Both the position numbers and the translations under genes were made by a program. A stretch of DNA of 64,000 nucleotides from contig CAYRGD010000001.1 in assembly GCA_964423885.1 (NCBI GenBank), positions 160,660 through 224,659 of the forward strand, read 5' to 3'. The notes under the pieces were generated by a model. It made no database searches. It saw nothing but the letters and a program-made list of their open reading frames with translations, and was not told the DNA's origin. Positions 28,095 to 37,255 of the stretch are shown in pieces (the stretch's first letter is position 1; every line of letters starts with the position of its first letter). This DNA comes from an uncultured Candidatus Saccharibacteria bacterium (lineage in GTDB: Bacteria > Patescibacteriota > UBA1384 > JACPKC01).

Positions 28095-29675
28095 ATGACA
28101 CGGCAGCGGTTGATCCTGATGGTCTTGGACGGGTTCGGCCTATCCCCCGCTACCCGGGGCAATGCCACCTACATGGCCAAAACGCCCAATCTCGACCGTC
28201 TGATCGCCGAATATCCCTATACGGCCCTTACCGCCCACGGCGCCGAGGTCGGCCTGTCGTGGGGCGAGATGGGTAATTCCGAGGTCGGCCACATGAACCT
28301 GGGCGCGGGGCGTGTCATGCTGCAGGAGGCGACGCGGATCAGCAACGCGATTACGACCGGCACGTTCGCTGACAACGAAGCGCTCCGTGCAGCCTGCGAG
28401 ACAGCCAAACGGACGGGTGCGACGCTCCATCTTATCGGCATCGTCTCGCCTGGTGGCGTCCATGGCCACATCGACCACTTGGTCGCCAGTATCGAACTGG
28501 CGCACCGCGAAGGGGTGGGAGCAGTCTCGCTCCACCTCATCGCCGACGGCCGGGACGCGACGCCGAAGTCATTCGAGAAGTTTTTTCCGAAGCTCGATGC
28601 GGTCGCCCGGCAGGCCGGTGCCAAGTACGCGACCCTGATGGGGCGCTACTACGCCATGGACCGCGACCGCCGGTGGGACCGCGTCCAGGCGGCGTACCAG
28701 GCGATGGTCGTGGGTCAGGGGCAGACCGCCACGACAGTTCCCGAGGCGCTCGCCGCCGCGTACGCACGGAACGAAACCGACGAGTTCATTACACCCACGG
28801 TGATCGATCCGGGCAATGCGGCGTTACGGATCAAGAACGGCGACGTCGTGGTCTTTACCAACTACCGCCCCGACCGCGCCCGACAGTTGTCGCTTGCGCT
28901 CGCCGGTAAGGAATTCAACGGGTTCACCCGTACGCCGCTCGATCTGACCTTCGTCACCTTCAGCGAGTACGGCGTCGAGCTGCGCAACAACACCGTCGCT
29001 TTTCCCGAAGAACCGATCCAGAACCAGCTGGCTCAGGTGTTATCGGATGCCAACCTGCGGCAATTGCACCTGGCCGAGACCGAAAAGTACGCCCACGTGA
29101 CGTACTTCTTCAACGGCGGCCAGGAACAGGCGTTCCCGCTCGAAAAGCGGATGCTCGTCGAATCGCCCAAGGTGCCGACGTACGACCAGGCGCCGGCGAT
29201 GGCAGCCCGCGAGATCACGACGACCTTGCTCGAGGCCTACCAGGCCGACGGGTTCGATGTGGCGATCGTCAATTACGCGAACGGTGACATGGTCGGCCAC
29301 ACGGGCAATCTGCAGGCGACCATCGAAGGGATCGAGACGATCGACGAGGCGTTCGGTGCGATTGCGGCTGCGGTCGAGCACGCCGGCGACATTCTGCTCA
29401 TTACCGCCGACCATGGCAATGCCGAACAGAAGATTCATCCGGACACCGGCGAGATCGACAAGGAACACACCGCGAACCCGGTTCCCTTGCTACTCGTCGA
29501 CCCTAAGTACCGGCACCGGCCGCAAAGCGGCGACGTGAAACTGGCGTTCATGTCGACCCAAGCTATCGGGATCCTGGCCGACGTCGCACCGACGATCCTC
29601 GAACTGCTCCACGTGCCCCAACCGAAGGACATGACCGGCCAAAGCTTGCTCCCCGTCTTAAAGCGCGCCCGGTAA
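28095..29675 (+). CDS. gpmI: 2,3-bisphosphoglycerate-independent phosphoglycerate mutase
   Basis: iPGM motifs LMVLDGFG, catalytic Ser in GNSEVGHMNLGAGR, metal site TADHGNAEQ. Confidence 0.9.
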   Translation: MTRQRLILMVLDGFGLSPATRGNATYMAKTPNLDRLIAEYPYTALTAHGAEVGLSWGEMGNSEVGHMNLGAGRVMLQEATRISNAITTGTFADNEALRAACETAKRTGATLHLIGIVSPGGVHGHIDHLVASIELAHREGVGAVSLHLIADGRDATPKSFEKFFPKLDAVARQAGAKYATLMGRYYAMDRDRRWDRVQAAYQAMVVGQGQTATTVPEALAAAYARNETDEFITPTVIDPGNAALRIKNGDVVVFTNYRPDRARQLSLALAGKEFNGFTRTPLDLTFVTFSEYGVELRNNTVAFPEEPIQNQLAQVLSDANLRQLHLAETEKYAHVTYFFNGGQEQAFPLEKRMLVESPKVPTYDQAPAMAAREITTTLLEAYQADGFDVAIVNYANGDMVGHTGNLQATIEGIETIDEAFGAIAAAVEHAGDILLITADHGNAEQKIHPDTGEIDKEHTANPVPLLLVDPKYRHRPQSGDVKLAFMSTQAIGILADVAPTILELLHVPQPKDMTGQSLLPVLKRAR

Positions 29676-29679
29676 CCCG

Positions 29680-31314
29680 ATGCCGGGCGTCACCGACATC
29701 ACAACCCAGCCGAAACCGGTCGTCCTCGCCATCCTCGACGGTTGGGGACTGTTGCCGTCGTGGCAACGTAACGCGATTGTCTCGACGCGGACCCCGACCT
29801 TCGACTACCTCTGGAAACACTATCCGCACGCCGTCCTGCAGTCGTTCAAGATGATCGGCAACCGCGACGGCCAGATCCGCTCGAGCGAGATCGGCCACGC
29901 CTCGATCGGTTCAGGCCGGATCGTCAAGGATGACCTGACCGAGCTGAATGCGGTGATCGAAAACGGCCGGTTTTACGGCAACGAGGTCTTGGGCGAGGCG
30001 ATGGCGCACGCGGTTGAGACGGGTAAGGCGGTGCATCTCATCGGGATCATGTCCGAGGGAGGCATCCAGGGATCGCTCGGCCATGCGGTCGCGCTCGTCA
30101 AGCTTGCGAAGCAGCGCGGCGTCAAGGAGCTCTGGCTCCATCCGATCACCGACGGGCTCGACGTCCCCGACCGGTCGGCGCCCGGGTACTTGCAAGCGTT
30201 GCAAGCGGCCTTGGAGGTGGAAGGTATCGGCATCGTCGCTACCGTACTCGGTCGCGCCTCGGCTATGAACCAAGACGGCGACTGGCGTGCTACCGCCCTT
30301 GCCTACCGCGCCTTGCTCTACGGCGACGGCCCGACGGCATCGTCGGCGCGCGAGGCGCTCGAAGCTGGATACGCGCGGGATGCGACCGACGCGACACTCC
30401 TGCCGACCGTCATCGCTCCTCCGGGCGAATCCCGGACGTTCGTGAAGGGAAGGATCCGGCCCGGCGACGTGGTCGTTGCCTGGAACTTCCGCCACGACGG
30501 CATGGAACAGCTCGTGCGCGCGATGCTCGACCCGTCCGCGTTGCGCCGCTACGCGGTGAGTCGCCAACTTCCGCTCGCGAAAACGTCCCGGTTCGTCACG
30601 CTCACCGACTACCGGATCACGCTTCCGGGCCTTGCCGCCGCGTTCCCGGCCGCGGAGCTTGGCAACACCCTCGCCGACCTGCTCGAACGGCACAATAAGA
30701 CCCAACTCCGGGTCGCTGAAACGGCCAAGTACCCGCACATCACGTACTTCTTCAACGGCGGACGGGCGGCGCCATACCCGCACGAGACCCGGATCATCAT
30801 TCCGTCGCGCAAGAGCCCGCCCGACCGTGCGCCGGAACTCGCGACCGGCGAGGTAGTCCGCCAGCTGGAACGACAGATCGACGCCAAGGCCGCCGATTTC
30901 ATGCTCGCCAATCTGCCGAACCTGGACGTGGTTGCCAAGACCGGCGACATGGCTGCCACGGCCAAGGCGGTCCAGGTAGTCGACGAGGCGCTCCGCCGGA
31001 TCGCGAACGCGACGCTGGCCGTAGGCGGCGTCCTGCTTGTCACCGCCGACCACGGCAACGCCGAGCAGATGCGCAGCCGTCCGACGGCGAGCCAGCGCCA
31101 TACGATCAGCCCCGTCCCGTTCCTGCTTATCGGCGAGGCGTACAAACGCACGCACGCGCCCGAGCGGGTCGATACCGAAGACGTGGTCGCCATGATGGTC
31201 CGGTCCGACCACACGCTTGCCGACGTCGCACCGACGATCCTCGAGCTGTTCGGCATCGCCAAGCCGAGCGACATGACCGGCAGCTCGCTGCTTGGCGAGC
31301 TGTCCACAAGATGA
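29680..31314 (+). CDS. Second, divergent iPGM-family paralogue (tandem to gpmI)
   Basis: LAILDGWG, RSSEIGHASIGSGR, TADHGNAEQ; only ~30% identical to upstream gpmI by eye. Starts 5 nt after the gpmI stop. Confidence 0.75.
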   Translation: MPGVTDITTQPKPVVLAILDGWGLLPSWQRNAIVSTRTPTFDYLWKHYPHAVLQSFKMIGNRDGQIRSSEIGHASIGSGRIVKDDLTELNAVIENGRFYGNEVLGEAMAHAVETGKAVHLIGIMSEGGIQGSLGHAVALVKLAKQRGVKELWLHPITDGLDVPDRSAPGYLQALQAALEVEGIGIVATVLGRASAMNQDGDWRATALAYRALLYGDGPTASSAREALEAGYARDATDATLLPTVIAPPGESRTFVKGRIRPGDVVVAWNFRHDGMEQLVRAMLDPSALRRYAVSRQLPLAKTSRFVTLTDYRITLPGLAAAFPAAELGNTLADLLERHNKTQLRVAETAKYPHITYFFNGGRAAPYPHETRIIIPSRKSPPDRAPELATGEVVRQLERQIDAKAADFMLANLPNLDVVAKTGDMAATAKAVQVVDEALRRIANATLAVGGVLLVTADHGNAEQMRSRPTASQRHTISPVPFLLIGEAYKRTHAPERVDTEDVVAMMVRSDHTLADVAPTILELFGIAKPSDMTGSSLLGELSTR

Positions 31315-31412
31315 CCGCGTGCGAAACAGAGCCGATCGGCGTATGATTGGTGCAAGCGCATCCGCGCGTATGACTTCAGTACATCCGACGCATCGAACCT
31401 AAGGAGGGTTGC

Positions 31413-32468
31413 ATGCACATGAATGCCCTGCGGCGGGTCAGGCAGGCCGCAGCAAGAGGGACAGGACTCGCACTCGTCGGCCTAATGGGGAGCGTGTCCG
31501 TTCTTGCTCTGCCCTTGTCCGCCACCGCAGCGGAGCTGACAGCCGAAAGCACCTCGCTGTCTGATCCGACCATCAGCCATGCGGCCACGACCTACACGGT
31601 CACGCAGAGTAGCGTGTCGCTGAGCGCGATCAAGTGTCTCCAAGTCGTGTTCAGCGTGAACGCCGACGGCACTGGCGGCGTTCCCACCGGCATGAGCACG
31701 ACCTCGGCCACGTTCAATGGCAGCTCGACCTACGTGCCGACCCCGGCATCCTGGTCGGTCGACGCGACCACGAACGGCACGGTCAACATTACCTTCGCGA
31801 CCGGCGAAACGCCGGCCTCCGCGTCGGGACGGACGATCGTGTTGGGCAGTATCACGAACGGCTCCACGGCCAATACCACCTACTACACCACCGTGCAGAC
31901 GTTCAATAACACCGACTGCTCGACCTCGCCGGTCGACGATGGTGGCCAGTCCACGTACGTGTTCGTGGACGGTGTGGTGGTGACTGCGACGGTCAACCCG
32001 ACGCTCACCTTTACGGTCGATTCCACCACTTGTAACCTGGGTACACTGACGTCTTCGAGTACCGGTAACTGCAGCCATACGATAACTGCGGCATCGAACG
32101 CGACGAGCGGCTACGTGATCTCGTACATCGCGAGTCCGACGCTCACGAGCGGCGGTAACACGATTACGGCCAACGGTGCGTCCGCGGTCGCCAACGCGAC
32201 CAACACCGAACAGTTCGGTCTCAACTTGGTGGCGAATAGCTCGCCTTCGGTCGGGGCTAACCCGTCGGGCGGTACCGGCGCTGCAGCGGCCAACTACAAT
32301 ACGGCGAACAGCTTCGCGTTCACGACTGCGGGCGCGACCGTCGCGACCACAGCTGGTCCGAGCGCGCTGACGACATATACGGTATCGTACATCGCGAACA
32401 TCGACGCGGTTACCGAAGCCGGCCTGTACACGAAGACGCAGACGTATACCATCACAGCAACGTACTAA
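31413..32468 (+). CDS. Secreted beta-rich surface protein, WxL-like C-terminal region (paralogue A)
   Basis: AAGGAGGG RBS, signal peptide ...ALPLSATAAE, Thr/Ser/Asn-rich beta segments. C-terminus EQFGLNLV...TYTVSYIANIDAVTEAGLYTKTQTYTITATY. Confidence 0.55.
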   Translation: MHMNALRRVRQAAARGTGLALVGLMGSVSVLALPLSATAAELTAESTSLSDPTISHAATTYTVTQSSVSLSAIKCLQVVFSVNADGTGGVPTGMSTTSATFNGSSTYVPTPASWSVDATTNGTVNITFATGETPASASGRTIVLGSITNGSTANTTYYTTVQTFNNTDCSTSPVDDGGQSTYVFVDGVVVTATVNPTLTFTVDSTTCNLGTLTSSSTGNCSHTITAASNATSGYVISYIASPTLTSGGNTITANGASAVANATNTEQFGLNLVANSSPSVGANPSGGTGAAAANYNTANSFAFTTAGATVATTAGPSALTTYTVSYIANIDAVTEAGLYTKTQTYTITATY

Positions 32469-32487
32469 GAAAGGAGAGGGGCATATT

Positions 32488-33492
32488 ATGACTACGCATC
32501 GCATGAAACGTCTTGCTTTCGCCGCTGGCGTCGCGGCACTCGCGGGAATGGTAGGAGCGCCGCTCATCGCGGCTGCGCAAGCCGCCGCGACTACGACTAG
32601 CGCCAACGCGGTCGACGTATCGATCACGCCGCTCATCCGCGACGTGACAGCCAAACCCGGCGATACCTTCACGGGTTCGATCGAGGTGAAGAACGAATCG
32701 GATGCCAAGCAGACCTTTTTCCCGGCTGCCCGCGACTTCACGGCGTCGGACGACTCCACGAGCGGCGCACCCAAGTTCCTTGAGACAGCCGGTGTTCCCG
32801 AACAAAGCCTGTCGTCATGGGTCAAGTTCAAGCAGACTTCGGTGCCGATCGACGCGAAAAAGTCCGCGATGATCGACTACACGGTCGTCGTCCCCGCGAA
32901 CGCGGAACCGGGCGGCCACTATGCCGGCATCTTCGCTTCCACTCAGGCGCCTGATGTCACTGGCGGCTCGGGTGTCGCGATCGCCGCGCGGGTCGGCTCC
33001 CTGCTCCTGCTGACGGTGTCCGGCGATATCCGGACCTCGGCCGAGATCTCATCGTTCAAGACTGACAAGTCTGTCTACCAGTCCGGCCCGATCAGCTTTA
33101 TTGCCGACCTCAAGAACGACGGCAATATCCACTTCAAGCCGAAAGGTACGATCGATGTGAAGAACGGCACCATGGTCAAATCGGTGGCGTTCAACGAGAA
33201 TGGCGGCAACGTCTTGCCGTCGAGCGTCCGCGAGTTCACCAGTAACCTGGACGGCAACTTCGGATTCGGGCGGTACACGGCGACGCTGACGCTCACTGCG
33301 CAGGCATCGAACGGAGACACGATTCCCCTCACCTCGGTGGTCAGTTTCTGGGTGATCCCGATGAGCACCGTCCTCATCGCGCTCCTTATTCTCATCGTGC
33401 TCTACATGCTGCTCAAGAACGGCATGAAGGAAAGCAGCGCGAAGGGTGGCAGTAACATGGCGGCTCCGGCAACCAAGAAGGCGTCGAAGTAA
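32488..33492 (+). CDS. DUF916/DUF3324-like cell-surface protein with C-terminal TM anchor and Lys-rich tail (CscA-like)
   Basis: Signal peptide; VDVSITPLIRDVTAKPGDTFTGSIEVKNESDAKQTFF resembles the DUF916 N-terminal consensus as I recall it; second half YAGIFAS...IAARVGSLLLL is DUF3324-like. C-terminal TM VIPMSTVLIALLILIVLYMLL followed by KNGMKESSAKGG. Confidence 0.55.
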   Translation: MTTHRMKRLAFAAGVAALAGMVGAPLIAAAQAAATTTSANAVDVSITPLIRDVTAKPGDTFTGSIEVKNESDAKQTFFPAARDFTASDDSTSGAPKFLETAGVPEQSLSSWVKFKQTSVPIDAKKSAMIDYTVVVPANAEPGGHYAGIFASTQAPDVTGGSGVAIAARVGSLLLLTVSGDIRTSAEISSFKTDKSVYQSGPISFIADLKNDGNIHFKPKGTIDVKNGTMVKSVAFNENGGNVLPSSVREFTSNLDGNFGFGRYTATLTLTAQASNGDTIPLTSVVSFWVIPMSTVLIALLILIVLYMLLKNGMKESSAKGGSNMAAPATKKASK

Positions 33493-33513
33493 CACGCGGC
33501 GCAGATCGGAACA

Positions 33514-33547
33514 ACGACGGATCCCACAGGGTCCGTCGTTTTGTTTG
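33514..33547 (+). terminator. Intrinsic terminator after the first WxL-like/DUF916 pair
   Basis: ACGACGGATCC-cacag-GGTCCGTCGT (10-bp stem, one mismatch) followed by TTTTGTTTGGG. A TATACT -10-like hexamer lies downstream at 33562-33567, before the next gene. Confidence 0.55.
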
Positions 33548-33586
33548 GGCTAGTGCATTGCTATACTGGATCCGACATCGGAGGGA

Positions 33587-34612
33587 ATGATGGCGCAGGT
33601 GTTCAATCGGTTACTTGTCGTAGTTTGTGTGGCACTGACGGCCTTGCAGTTCTTCCCGTTGCCGCTTGAGGCCGCCGAACTGACTGCCGAGAGCGTCGCA
33701 CTCACTGATCCGACCGTCGGCCAAGCGGGTGTCACCTACGATATCGTGCTGGGAGGGCAATCTACGGCGGCGATCCGATGCATCACCGTTCGGTTCACCG
33801 GGACAATCGGCACGAACGACCCGCCTGCCGGCATGGATATTGGTAGCGCGGTTTTCGATGCGGCCAGCACGATCGTGCCTACGCCTGCGGCTTGGTCGGC
33901 AGTCGGTGTGAACGGTACCGGTATCGTAATGATTACGAATGCGCTCGGTGAAAATCCGGCCGGCGGTGCAAACCGGACGCTTATCCTGAACGGTATCACG
34001 AACGGCAGCGCAGGCAATACTACCTACTACGCCGAGGTAAATACGTTCGCCGATGCAGGGTGCACCGCCCTTGTCGATACCGACGGCCAGGCAGCCTTCG
34101 TGTTCACCTCCGGGGTACTGGTGACATCCACGGTAAACGACGTGCTCAACTTCTCGCTCACACCGGGGTGTTCTGCTGGTGAGCTCAATCAGGCAGCCGC
34201 CAAGACCTGTACGCTCGAGATGCATGCCTCGACTAATCATCCGACCGGGTACAGCGTGTCGTACTCGGCAGTGGAGACTATGCACGAAGCGTCCCACTTG
34301 GACACGATCGCTGCGGTAGGCGCTACCGCCCAGACGAGTGCTCCCGGCACGAAGCAGTTCGGGTTCAACCTGGTTGGTAACATGGTGCCGACAACAGGTG
34401 CCGACCCGGTCGGCGGTACCGGCGCTGCGTTCGGCCAGTACGCCATCGCGGACAAGTTTGCGTTCACGACCGCCGGCGGCACGATCGCCAGCGCTGCTTC
34501 TTCGAGTAGCGATACGCAGTATACGGTGTCGTACCTGGTCAACGTCGAGCCGAACATGGTGTCCGGTTCCTACGTAGCACAGCAGACGTACACGATCGTG
34601 GTGAATCCATGA
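33587..34612 (+). CDS. Secreted beta-rich surface protein, WxL-like C-terminal region (paralogue B)
   Basis: Colinear with paralogue A (AAELTAES...; TPAAWS; NTTYYAEVNTF; KQFGFNLV). C-terminus QYTVSYLVNVEPNMVSGSYVAQQTYTIVVNP. Confidence 0.55.
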   Translation: MMAQVFNRLLVVVCVALTALQFFPLPLEAAELTAESVALTDPTVGQAGVTYDIVLGGQSTAAIRCITVRFTGTIGTNDPPAGMDIGSAVFDAASTIVPTPAAWSAVGVNGTGIVMITNALGENPAGGANRTLILNGITNGSAGNTTYYAEVNTFADAGCTALVDTDGQAAFVFTSGVLVTSTVNDVLNFSLTPGCSAGELNQAAAKTCTLEMHASTNHPTGYSVSYSAVETMHEASHLDTIAAVGATAQTSAPGTKQFGFNLVGNMVPTTGADPVGGTGAAFGQYAIADKFAFTTAGGTIASAASSSSDTQYTVSYLVNVEPNMVSGSYVAQQTYTIVVNP

Positions 34613-35235
34613 CGCGGCGATTTATTGCGCTCGGTATACTTACGGCCGTCGTAAGCTGGTCGGCAGTGACGCAGGGGGCAGATACGATTTCGATCGAACC
34701 GGCCACTGTGTCAGTACGTGTCGCGGCCGGTGAGGTGACGCTGCAAACGGTGTACTTCACGAACCGTAGCGGCGACACCAAGGCGTTCAGCGTCGAGCGG
34801 TCGGATTACCGGCCTGACGCCTCGTCACGGAACGCGTTCGAATTTCTGCCGGCCGGGAGTACCGACGATAGCATCCATCCGATGCTGGATGTCACGCCGT
34901 TGCGGTTCGAGCTCGGGTCGGGCAAGACGCAGGAACTGCTGGTTCGTATCCGGCCGGCAACGACGGCAAGCAACGGTAACTACAAAGGCGCGCTCTTTGT
35001 CGGCGAGGATCCGGGCGCTAGCGTCGACGCGTCACTCCAGGTGCTTGGGCGTGTCGGTACGATGATCGGCGTGACCGTGACCGACGGCCGGCCCCCCGCC
35101 GGCGTCCATCCGTTCACCGGCCAGCCGAACGCGTTGGCTGTCGCAGCGATCGCTATCCTTGCCCTCTTCTTCCTAGGTGTCGGCTTGGCAGCCGCCCGCA
35201 AGGCGCGCCAGCTGGAAGCCGATCGCATCTCCTAA
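34609..35235 (+). CDS. Short DUF916-like cell-surface protein with C-terminal TM anchor
   Basis: Signal peptide, beta-sandwich-like segment ISIEPATVSVRVAAGEVTLQTVYFTNRSGDTKAF, C-terminal TM LAVAAIAILALFFLGVGLAAA followed by RKARQLE. Start overlaps the preceding gene. Confidence 0.45.
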   Translation: MTRRFIALGILTAVVSWSAVTQGADTISIEPATVSVRVAAGEVTLQTVYFTNRSGDTKAFSVERSDYRPDASSRNAFEFLPAGSTDDSIHPMLDVTPLRFELGSGKTQELLVRIRPATTASNGNYKGALFVGEDPGASVDASLQVLGRVGTMIGVTVTDGRPPAGVHPFTGQPNALAVAAIAILALFFLGVGLAAARKARQLEADRIS

Positions 35236-36590
35236 TGACTGCTAGCCCTGAGGATGCCCAAGCGGCGGTCGAACGGCTGCGCCAGGGCGGCTACGAGGCC
35301 TACTGGGTCGGTGGCTGCGTCCGGGATATCCTGCTCGGCCGAACGCCGAACGATTACGACGTGGTGACGGATGCGGTGCCTGACGACGTCGCCGCCTTGT
35401 TCGAACGGCACCATCCGGTCGGCAAGGCCTACGGCGTCATGCTGGTCGGCATCGGTTCCAGTCAGATCGAGGTCGCCACGTACCGGGCGGAACAGGGCTA
35501 CGCCGACCGCCGCCGGCCCGATACTGTCCGTTGGACTGACGCGAAGGGCGACGTGTTTCGCCGCGATTTCACCGTGAACGGCCTGCTCTACGATCCTGTC
35601 AGTCGCCACGTGGTGGATTACGTGGACGGCCAACGCGACCTCATGATCAAGATTATCCGCTGCATCGGCGATCCGGACGAACGCATCCGCGAGGATCCGC
35701 TCCGAATTTTGCGAGCGGTCCGATTGAAGAATGCCTTGGGTTTCCAATACGACCAGGCAACGTACCGGGCACTTGTCCGGCATGCGGCCGAGGTGTCGCA
35801 CGTGGCTTGGGAGCGGATCGGCGCGGAACTGACGCTCATGCTCGGCCATCCTTCCCGCGCCCAGGCGATCCGAGACCTTGACCGACTCGGCCTACTCCCA
35901 CTGCTCTTGCCCGAACTCGAAGCGACCAAGGGCGTGCCGCAGCCGATCGATTTCCACGCCGAAGGCGACGTGTTCGACCACTTGCTCCGTTCGCTCGCGT
36001 CGGTACCGGCGGATTCGCCAGCCTTTCTGGCGTGGGCTGTCTTGCTTCATGATATTGCCAAGCCCGCGACGCTTGCCTATCCCCCGTCGGCGAGCGCAGG
36101 CAGGATTACCACCTACGGCCATGCCAAGCAGTCAGCTGCGGTCGCGGAACGGATCCTGCGCCGGTTCCGACGACCTGCATCCGAGGTGCGGACGGTCGGT
36201 TGGCTCATTGACCGTCATATGAGCCTGCCGGCGCTCGAGCGGTTGCGTCCGCATAAACGAGAAGCGTTCTTGAGTGATCCGCGCTTTCCATGGTTGCTTG
36301 AGCTCCACCATGCCGACGCCGCCGGTGCAATACCGGTCGACCTGTCGTTCTATGCGAAGAACTTACAGCACTACCAGGAATGGAAACGGCTCCGCGCTAC
36401 CGTCGGATCATTCAAGTCGCTCGTCAACGGCCACGATTTGGTCGAAGCCGGTATTCCGTCGGGGCCGCATATGGGGGAGATCCTGCGTTTGGTACGTGAC
36501 GCAGAATTGACGCACCGCATAAACTCGAAGGCCGAGGCGATCGCGTACGCCAAAGAGCGGTATGCCAGTTACGGCAATGCGAACGCGTAA
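35235..36590 (+). CDS. cca: CCA-adding enzyme / tRNA nucleotidyltransferase (PolyA_pol head plus HD domain)
   Basis: GGCVRDILLGRTPNDYDVVTD nucleotidyltransferase motif, RDFTVNGL, HD domain LLHDIAKP. Confidence 0.8.
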   Translation: MTASPEDAQAAVERLRQGGYEAYWVGGCVRDILLGRTPNDYDVVTDAVPDDVAALFERHHPVGKAYGVMLVGIGSSQIEVATYRAEQGYADRRRPDTVRWTDAKGDVFRRDFTVNGLLYDPVSRHVVDYVDGQRDLMIKIIRCIGDPDERIREDPLRILRAVRLKNALGFQYDQATYRALVRHAAEVSHVAWERIGAELTLMLGHPSRAQAIRDLDRLGLLPLLLPELEATKGVPQPIDFHAEGDVFDHLLRSLASVPADSPAFLAWAVLLHDIAKPATLAYPPSASAGRITTYGHAKQSAAVAERILRRFRRPASEVRTVGWLIDRHMSLPALERLRPHKREAFLSDPRFPWLLELHHADAAGAIPVDLSFYAKNLQHYQEWKRLRATVGSFKSLVNGHDLVEAGIPSGPHMGEILRLVRDAELTHRINSKAEAIAYAKERYASYGNANA

Positions 36591-37249
36591 ACCGACACCG
36601 TGGTCGAGTACATGCCCGGCTGTTGGCTGAACGGCACGTTGAGCTTATAGGTGACAGTAGTGTCGTCCGGTGAGCTGATCGACTGCCCTAGAATGTGGTA
36701 GGTCGTCGGTGATGCGGTAGGAATCGCCGCGAACGCATTACCGTTGTCCCACTTGGGATCGACGTTCGTGCCAGCGCTAACACTGAAACCCAGGCCGGTG
36801 CCGCTGTATGTGGTCGGGCCGTCGATGTCGCTGCCATAGTCGCCGATCGTCGTTACCGTATCGGTATGCGTCATAGGCGCCGCCTTCGAAATTGCCAGGC
36901 TGTACCCAGCCGACGAATCCGTGCTGACCGTACTGGTTGTTGTGCCGCTGACAGGGCTTCCCGGTACAAGGTTACCAAGATCGACCGTCGGCGAGTTAAG
37001 GGTCAAGGTTACCACCGATCCCGTGACTGCCGGAAAACCGGTATCCAGATAGTAGTTGTCGCTGTTCGCAACGCCGACGATGGGCGCACCCGACGAACGG
37101 ATACCGAAGTTGTCCGAGCTTATGCTGTTGCCAAAGCTATGGATGCCGAACTGCGGGATCTTGTAGCTGTCCGATTCGAGCGCCAAGGCGCTGGCCGGAA
37201 TCACGATACCCAGAGTGAGCGTGGCGATGGCGATGATCCGTTTGTCCAT
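36569..37249 (-). CDS. Secreted beta-rich surface protein, WxL-like C-terminal region (paralogue C, short)
   Basis: Signal peptide MDKRIIAIATLTLGIVIPASALA. C-terminus TVTYKLNVPFSQQPGMYSTTVSVYAFALP aligns with the C-termini of paralogues A and B. 3' end overlaps cca convergently by 22 nt. Confidence 0.5.
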   Translation of the reverse strand: MDKRIIAIATLTLGIVIPASALALESDSYKIPQFGIHSFGNSISSDNFGIRSSGAPIVGVANSDNYYLDTGFPAVTGSVVTLTLNSPTVDLGNLVPGSPVSGTTTSTVSTDSSAGYSLAISKAAPMTHTDTVTTIGDYGSDIDGPTTYSGTGLGFSVSAGTNVDPKWDNGNAFAAIPTASPTTYHILGQSISSPDDTTVTYKLNVPFSQQPGMYSTTVSVYAFALP

Positions 37250-37255
37250 ACCCGC

